A stretch of DNA of 64,000 nt from Trypanosoma brucei (lineage: Eukaryota): contig CP000068.1 of NCBI GenBank assembly GCA_000002445.1, positions 576,001-640,000 on the forward strand, written 5' to 3'. How positions within the stretch are numbered: position 1 is the stretch's first letter; every line of letters starts with the position of its first letter. The notes under the pieces are model-generated. The model was not told the origin of the DNA, did not search any database, and worked only from the letters and a program-made list of their open reading frames with translations. Below, one piece after another: positions 59,055 through 64,000 of the stretch. A program made the translations under genes and the position numbers.

Positions 59055-61467
59055 CCGCCCGACTTGCCACGGAAACATTCCTTCGCAACAGACGTCTCCC
59101 CCCCCCCCCCAACCCGGACACCCGACGGCGACCCCATTGAAACGCGCCCCTCTCGTTCTTACCGGTGAACAAGCTGTCCCCGCTCGGCACTCAACCCTTC
59201 TGTTGCCCCACCTGCTTTTCTTTCACCTTTCTCGCCAAAAAATAAAATAAAATAAGGGAAAGCCACGCCGCGCGGTCGCGACGAGCGCGTTTTCAAAAGA
59301 AAAAAAGATTAGCTCAGGCGGAACCGTATCTCTCGTTTCGGAGAGGTTCTTTTTTATCATCTTTTAGAGAAAATTCGCCCAACGCCCGAAATCATGGCGG
59401 GTTTCAATATCGACGGAAGGGTCGGACACCCCGGCCGGCTCTCGGGTCCGCCGGGGCGTGTACCGGTGCCTCAAAGTGGCCACCCGAACCCGGTGGCGGT
59501 TTATTGGCAGGCCGCGCCCTTCCCCGTGACCGCGGCATTCGCTGCCCCCCAACTCGTCGGGCCACCCCCCGTCTTTTTTTACCGAAGGGGGGCAAACCAC
59601 CCGGGTCCCGCCCCCCGACCACCAGCACCACCCCCTCGCCGTCATTTGGGAGTCGGCCCGAGCCCGCCGCCGCCTCGCTTTCGCGAAAACCGCAATTTGT
59701 TTTCGGCGGGGGAGGTGGTTGGTTTCATTCGGTTGGCCCGGCGATGGGATGAAAAGGTAGCGGGGAGAGGGGCCGCCCATCACGCCCGCGGACCTCCGAA
59801 TTTCGAATGGCCGCCGGAACCCGAGGACCCCTGGAAGGTTTTGGAGGATTGGTCGGAAACCCGAGCACGGTGGTGGCGCACCAGTCGGGCGGATCATCGG
59901 GCACCGCGGCGCCGCCGGCCCTCAGGACCCCGCAGCAAAAAAAAAAATTTAAGACCTTTGGAAAAGGGGGTCGAGGTGCCTCGTCACTGATCCCCCCTCG
60001 CCCACGGTGTTTGAAAAAGCGACGACGCTGCCCGCCCACCCGCATTTTTTAAAAACGCGGTTCTTTTCGAAAACTCTAACATATCCTTTCCTGTTCGAAA
60101 AAACGTGCCGCTGTTCACAAACAGCCGCCACCCCTTTGCTACTCCAAAAAGCGTGAAGCTTTTTTGAATACAGGATATTGTCCCTTTTCCCTTCCCTTCG
60201 AAACAAATGGTGACTGTTCAGCGCCGGTCCCCCGCTGCCCGTGTTCGGAAGGGGGCCTCGCCTTGCCTTACCTTGCCTCACCCAGCCCCACCTTGCCTTG
60301 CCTTTAAACGGAATACAAAAAACCTCATTCCCCCCGCACAAAAGTTCGCCCCTGGCGCGGTTAAGAGGTCCGGCGCAACGCTCCGCTTGCGTGGAGGGGG
60401 GCGAAGGTGGCCCGGGTGGAACCCGTCAGATTTTTTCCTTAGGAATTAGCCACGGGGCGGCATCGCCTTTGGGCCCGGCTACTCGCCGCCGGCAAGGAGA
60501 GTGGCCCCGCGACACACCCCCGATGAGGGCGGCTGCGATGACCGCCACGCCCTGGCGGCGCCGGCCACCTCCACGTGGTGCCAGGGTCCAGTACCCCGCA
60601 TCATCGGGGGAAGCCAAGAGCCAGCAGAGTTCCTTTCATGGGGAACACTGCTGTGCTCTGGCCTCGGCATCGTACAGCACAGGGATCAACGGCGTCTTGC
60701 TGGGACACCGTTTTTCATTTGTCGGTCCCTGGGCACGTGCCAGCGTGCCATCAGCAGTATCATCCGCGCTAAGATGCTGCTGTCCGGTGATGTGGAACTC
60801 CAAAAAAAAAGGATTGCCAATTGACATCTTTTGGAGAGTCCGGGGTGGGAGGCTTCTCGCCCCATCTGCTGTATTCCGTTCAACTGCGGAAATACAACAA
60901 AAAATTATAGAGGGTGTGTTAGGATGAATGAAAAAGGGAGACTCTGCCACAGTCGCCAGACCGATAGCATCTCAGGGCTCTACGGTGATGGCTGATGGCC
61001 GCGCCAGTGGGGGGAAACTCTCACGAAGGCACGAAGAAAATTTCAAAAAAAAAAAATGACCGCCACGGTGTTTGCGGCCGCCAACACGCCCGCGCATGGG
61101 TTTTTGGCTGCGTTTTCAAGGAGGATGAAGGGACACACGAGTTGGACGGCGGGGGATCAGGAACCCGCGGCGCCGGAAAAATGCGTTCGAATGTTTTGTT
61201 TGAGGGCGCCAAAGCACGCCTCGGGGGGTCGGGATGGCGGACGCCGATTTGCCCACTGCATCGGCGCTATGGGGACGCGTGCTGGGGGCCCTAAGGCGGG
61301 TGAAAGTTCTGGGGAAACGGAAAGTTTGGCCTTCCGAAAAATGAAAGACGGCGGCGCCGGCGCCCCGGGTTTGCCATAAGAAAACATCGAACCTTTATTT
61401 TTCTTTTAACCCCCGCATCATTGAGGGCGTTTCGCCGCACGACACCACCGGGGCGGCGCCGTGTCGG
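59055..61467. repeat. Repeat copy 3 (lacks the last ~75 bp of the unit)
   Basis: Homology to the copy-2 junction sequence (acaaaaaccgggctaaggggg...) is lost after ...ggcgccgtgtcgg at about 61467. Confidence 0.8.
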
Positions 61468-64000
61468 TGGTGAAATGTTAGTGGGGCGTTTAGCGCGTGC
61501 CAAGTGGGGTGAGGTTATCCAATTTGGAAAGGTGCATACCTGGTGGGGTGGGGTTGGCGATAGGTAGTCCTCGGAGGGTCTCGTTGTCCGCATCAGTCGT
61601 TGCGTATGATGGTCTTTTTGCGCAATTTCATTGTGAAATTGTCGTCGTTGGTCTTGTTTATGGAATTGCTGAAGTGTTCGGTAAATGCCCTAATTGTCTC
61701 CTGTTGTTGGTGGTGGTGGGGAGGGAAGATTCGACTCTCCCTTTTTCCCAAGCCCCCACAATAATTTACGACGGATGATGTAATCTTTTACTGGAAGTGG
61801 GGCTGTCGCCGAAAGCTTTGTCCTAACACCCCTCAATTTGTTCGCATTCCCTCTTGTCCTCGCCTTGCTTCTTGCGGTGGTGTGTGTTATGTAGGTTTCT
61901 GAACGCTACGGTTTCAAACAGCCGCATTTCCGTTCAAACATGTTTAGTGTCGGATAATTTCCGACACCGCATATCTGTTTCCTTAGCTTCTCCACTCTAA
62001 ATGTCCGGTTTAAAATATACTTTTATACTTAGCCATTGAACTTCTCTGCTGCGTTTCTGATTCTTCATGCTCCTCCACTGGTTTGTGGCCTTTGGTAGTG
62101 GGAATTTTTGAGGGAAAGTAACACCAACTCCCGTAACGTCGTCGCTATGGAATTCAGGCCTGTGGTTGCTATGTCGCTGGATTAGCGCTACGGTAACGAA
62201 AAAGCACGATGCCCCATTTTTTAATCCACATTGCTCAAATCTTCCCACATGCTCACGGGGATGTGAAGGAGACGGACATAGAAGACTTTTTATCGTTCTT
62301 TCCCAAATTTTAACCAAATTTCCTCCTCCACCAATTATTGAAGATCCTTTGGAAGAGACCCCCCTCCAGCCCTTTACATCACCCAATTTTCTTGGAAACT
62401 TCTTGCTTGATTCTCTGACGAGGAGCATCCTCTACCGAGATAAGTTTCGCCTCCTCCATTGCCAACAAACACAAGCGTCCCGGGGACTATCGGAAAGCGT
62501 TGATATTCTTGTTGGATTAATAAAGCTGAAAAAAAAAAGCCCAACCTTCCTGCGACAAGCCCTGCTGTCCCTACGGCCGTGTATCCAATGTATCTCAACC
62601 TTTTCAACTCTCCTCTTCACTTTATTCCCCACGCGCTTCAAAAATATCGTAATTCCTTTGTGAAAGGCTCGGATATTAACGTCCTCCTCCTTTCTTCTAA
62701 CCCTCAAAATTCTCAACTCCATCAACTTGACAGTACCTTCACTCTCTCACTTTCTCTGTTTCGCATTTCGTTTCCGCATGGGTGAAGGCGTACAGCGATT
62801 TCGACCCTTTTTTGCCGCACCAAAAAGTGCGTGTTCACCGTCGCTAAAACTCAACCTTTCGCCGTCTACGGCCACAGAACTTCCAAAGAGAAGGAACACA
62901 GCCACCGACACTCTCGTATCCGCATATGAAATACGCGTGTTTCCGCGGAGTCGAGGGGAAAAGCCGTGACAGCCATTTTAGGGAGTACGCGAAGGGTGGG
63001 GCGGCTTCAACGAGAATGGATATTCTCCTTTGTTGACTGTTATTTTCTGCTTATTGGGCAACACCGGGGTGGAAGTGATGACGATTGATGGGAGAAGGGA
63101 AAGTGATACGAACAGGAACGTTTATATTTAACTTTCCCCGAATAACATGGCTAGGAAGATGGGCTGAACCGCGTCGATGAGACGTACCAATCGGGGCGCC
63201 AGGAGACCCACGTAGAAATGCGAGCATGGATGCGGGTGTGACCGTGGTGTGGGGCTTTTGCTCTGGGGAGGTGAAGGAACTGCGCGAAACTGCCAGGAGT
63301 TCGCCTCGTCCTCCCAGCTGTTGCCTGCGTGAGGGAAGTTTTTATGGCCAACTGAAATGGAGAGTCATAACCACATTCTATTTGGCGAATGAGCACAATA
63401 ATGGCAGGGATTCGTTTAGGACAACAGCGGTGACGAGAGCGGGGAGCATACTCACGGCGCGAATGTTAGTTGGGAAGCTTCAATATTCTATGGAAGAACG
63501 GCAAAAAGTACAGTTGTCTGTTTTCTGCCAACAAAGGTTCACCACCAGCCCCACCGCACAACTAATGATGCGAGCAAGGTGTGTGCAAATACAAAATAGG
63601 AACTGAACGGTGGGAATTACACCATTTTGCGCATGGACTATTGGTGAACACTTGAAAACATCATTTGGGGACAACCCTCTACCGTTACAAAGTCTAAAGG
63701 GGAAAAAGCAAAGAAACGCAACGCGACCGCGTTGTGACACAAGTTCCATGTGCGTTGAAAGTTGAATCTGGAAAATCGGCTCTGTCAAGCACCGGTGACG
63801 AGCACACGGCGATGGAAGTAAAGGAACTGGCAACCATTCGAAGTCGGAAATGTCAAGGTTCACTTGTTCTCTCTTGCATGTTTCGCGGTGAGCGGGCTCC
63901 AAGGAGAAATGAGACTATTGGACGCAACGTATTAGCCAACCTTGAAGGTGAGAGACGCACAACAACGGGGAACATTGGGACATTTTCAGTTCGCACACCC

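Larger units (their letters stand above)
54050..61467. repeat. GC-rich tandem macro-repeat: about 2.49–2.51 kb unit × about 3 copies, unclassified
   Basis: Identical ORF-track artefacts recur at +2507 and +2488 (for example 54399/56906/59394 and 54369/56876/59364). Direct reading shows about 99% identity between copies. Homology starts at about 54050 and stops abruptly at about 61467. GC is above 60%, against about 35–40% in the flanks. Confidence 0.9.

Noticed and set aside
54369-60950. Numerous 60–240-aa ORFs on both strands inside the GC-rich repeat units (for example 54399..54995, 54369..54902, 55212..55934, 57753..58439)
   Set aside because: Their translations are P/R/G/A-rich low-complexity, typical of random frames in GC-rich DNA. 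They overlap one another on both strands. A 19-bp indel in copy 1 freely shifts and fuses them. They are not credible genes.
54050-61467. Spliced-leader RNA, 5S rRNA, rDNA or telomeric (TTAGGG)n identity for the tandem repeat
   Set aside because: I searched by eye for the SL 39-mer core (…ctattattagaacagtttctgtactatattg), the 5S start (gggtacgaccatac) and TTAGGG runs. None is present in the unit.
1-64000. Prokaryote-style systems (CRISPR arrays, defence operons, toxin–antitoxin pairs)
   Set aside because: The gene organisation here is that of a trypanosomatid nucleus. It has unidirectional intron-less long ORFs, polypyrimidine tracts, (TA)n intergenic regions and poly-Q proteins. The only regular repeats have 2.5-kb units, not 25–40-bp CRISPR repeats.

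Overview
This window reads as nuclear DNA from a trypanosomatid, most like the African-trypanosome (T. brucei) group. The first ~46 kb carries sixteen long intron-less ORFs, all on the + strand. Each is preceded by a polypyrimidine tract and separated by AT-rich, microsatellite-rich intergenic DNA with (TA)n, (AC)n, (ATT)n, homopolymers and CT-rich tracts. Coding GC is about 50% with mixed third positions. Together this looks like a single polycistronic transcription unit. I assigned products from the sequence itself for five of the sixteen genes: a fidgetin/katanin-clade AAA ATPase, a signal-peptidase-complex subunit 3 homologue, a six-bladed Kelch propeller protein, an MSP-domain tail-anchored (VAP-like) protein, and a protein with a C-terminal dsRBD-like motif. 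The rest are hypothetical: two coiled-coil proteins, a multi-pass membrane protein, two adjacent Q-rich proteins and others. The six-frame track uses GTG/TTG as starts for several ORFs, so I re-anchored those genes to the first in-frame ATG. After the last gene (about 46.2 kb) the unit ends in about 6.8 kb of very low-complexity AT-rich DNA with no ORFs. A sharp compositional switch follows, into a GC-rich (above 60%) island at about 52.96–61.5 kb. That island contains a nearly perfect ~2.5-kb tandem repeat present in about 3 copies, with no convincing coding potential and no match to any kinetoplastid repeat I can recall (SL RNA, 5S, rDNA, 147/177-bp, 50/70-bp or telomeric repeats). The final ~2.5 kb is unique and ORF-poor. 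This ~18 kb gene-free tail holding an unclassified GC-rich macro-repeat is the most unusual thing in the window. Being eukaryotic, the window has no operon-type defence system. Coordinates may be off by ±1 in places, because the line labels and the ORF track disagree by one base around 45 kb.
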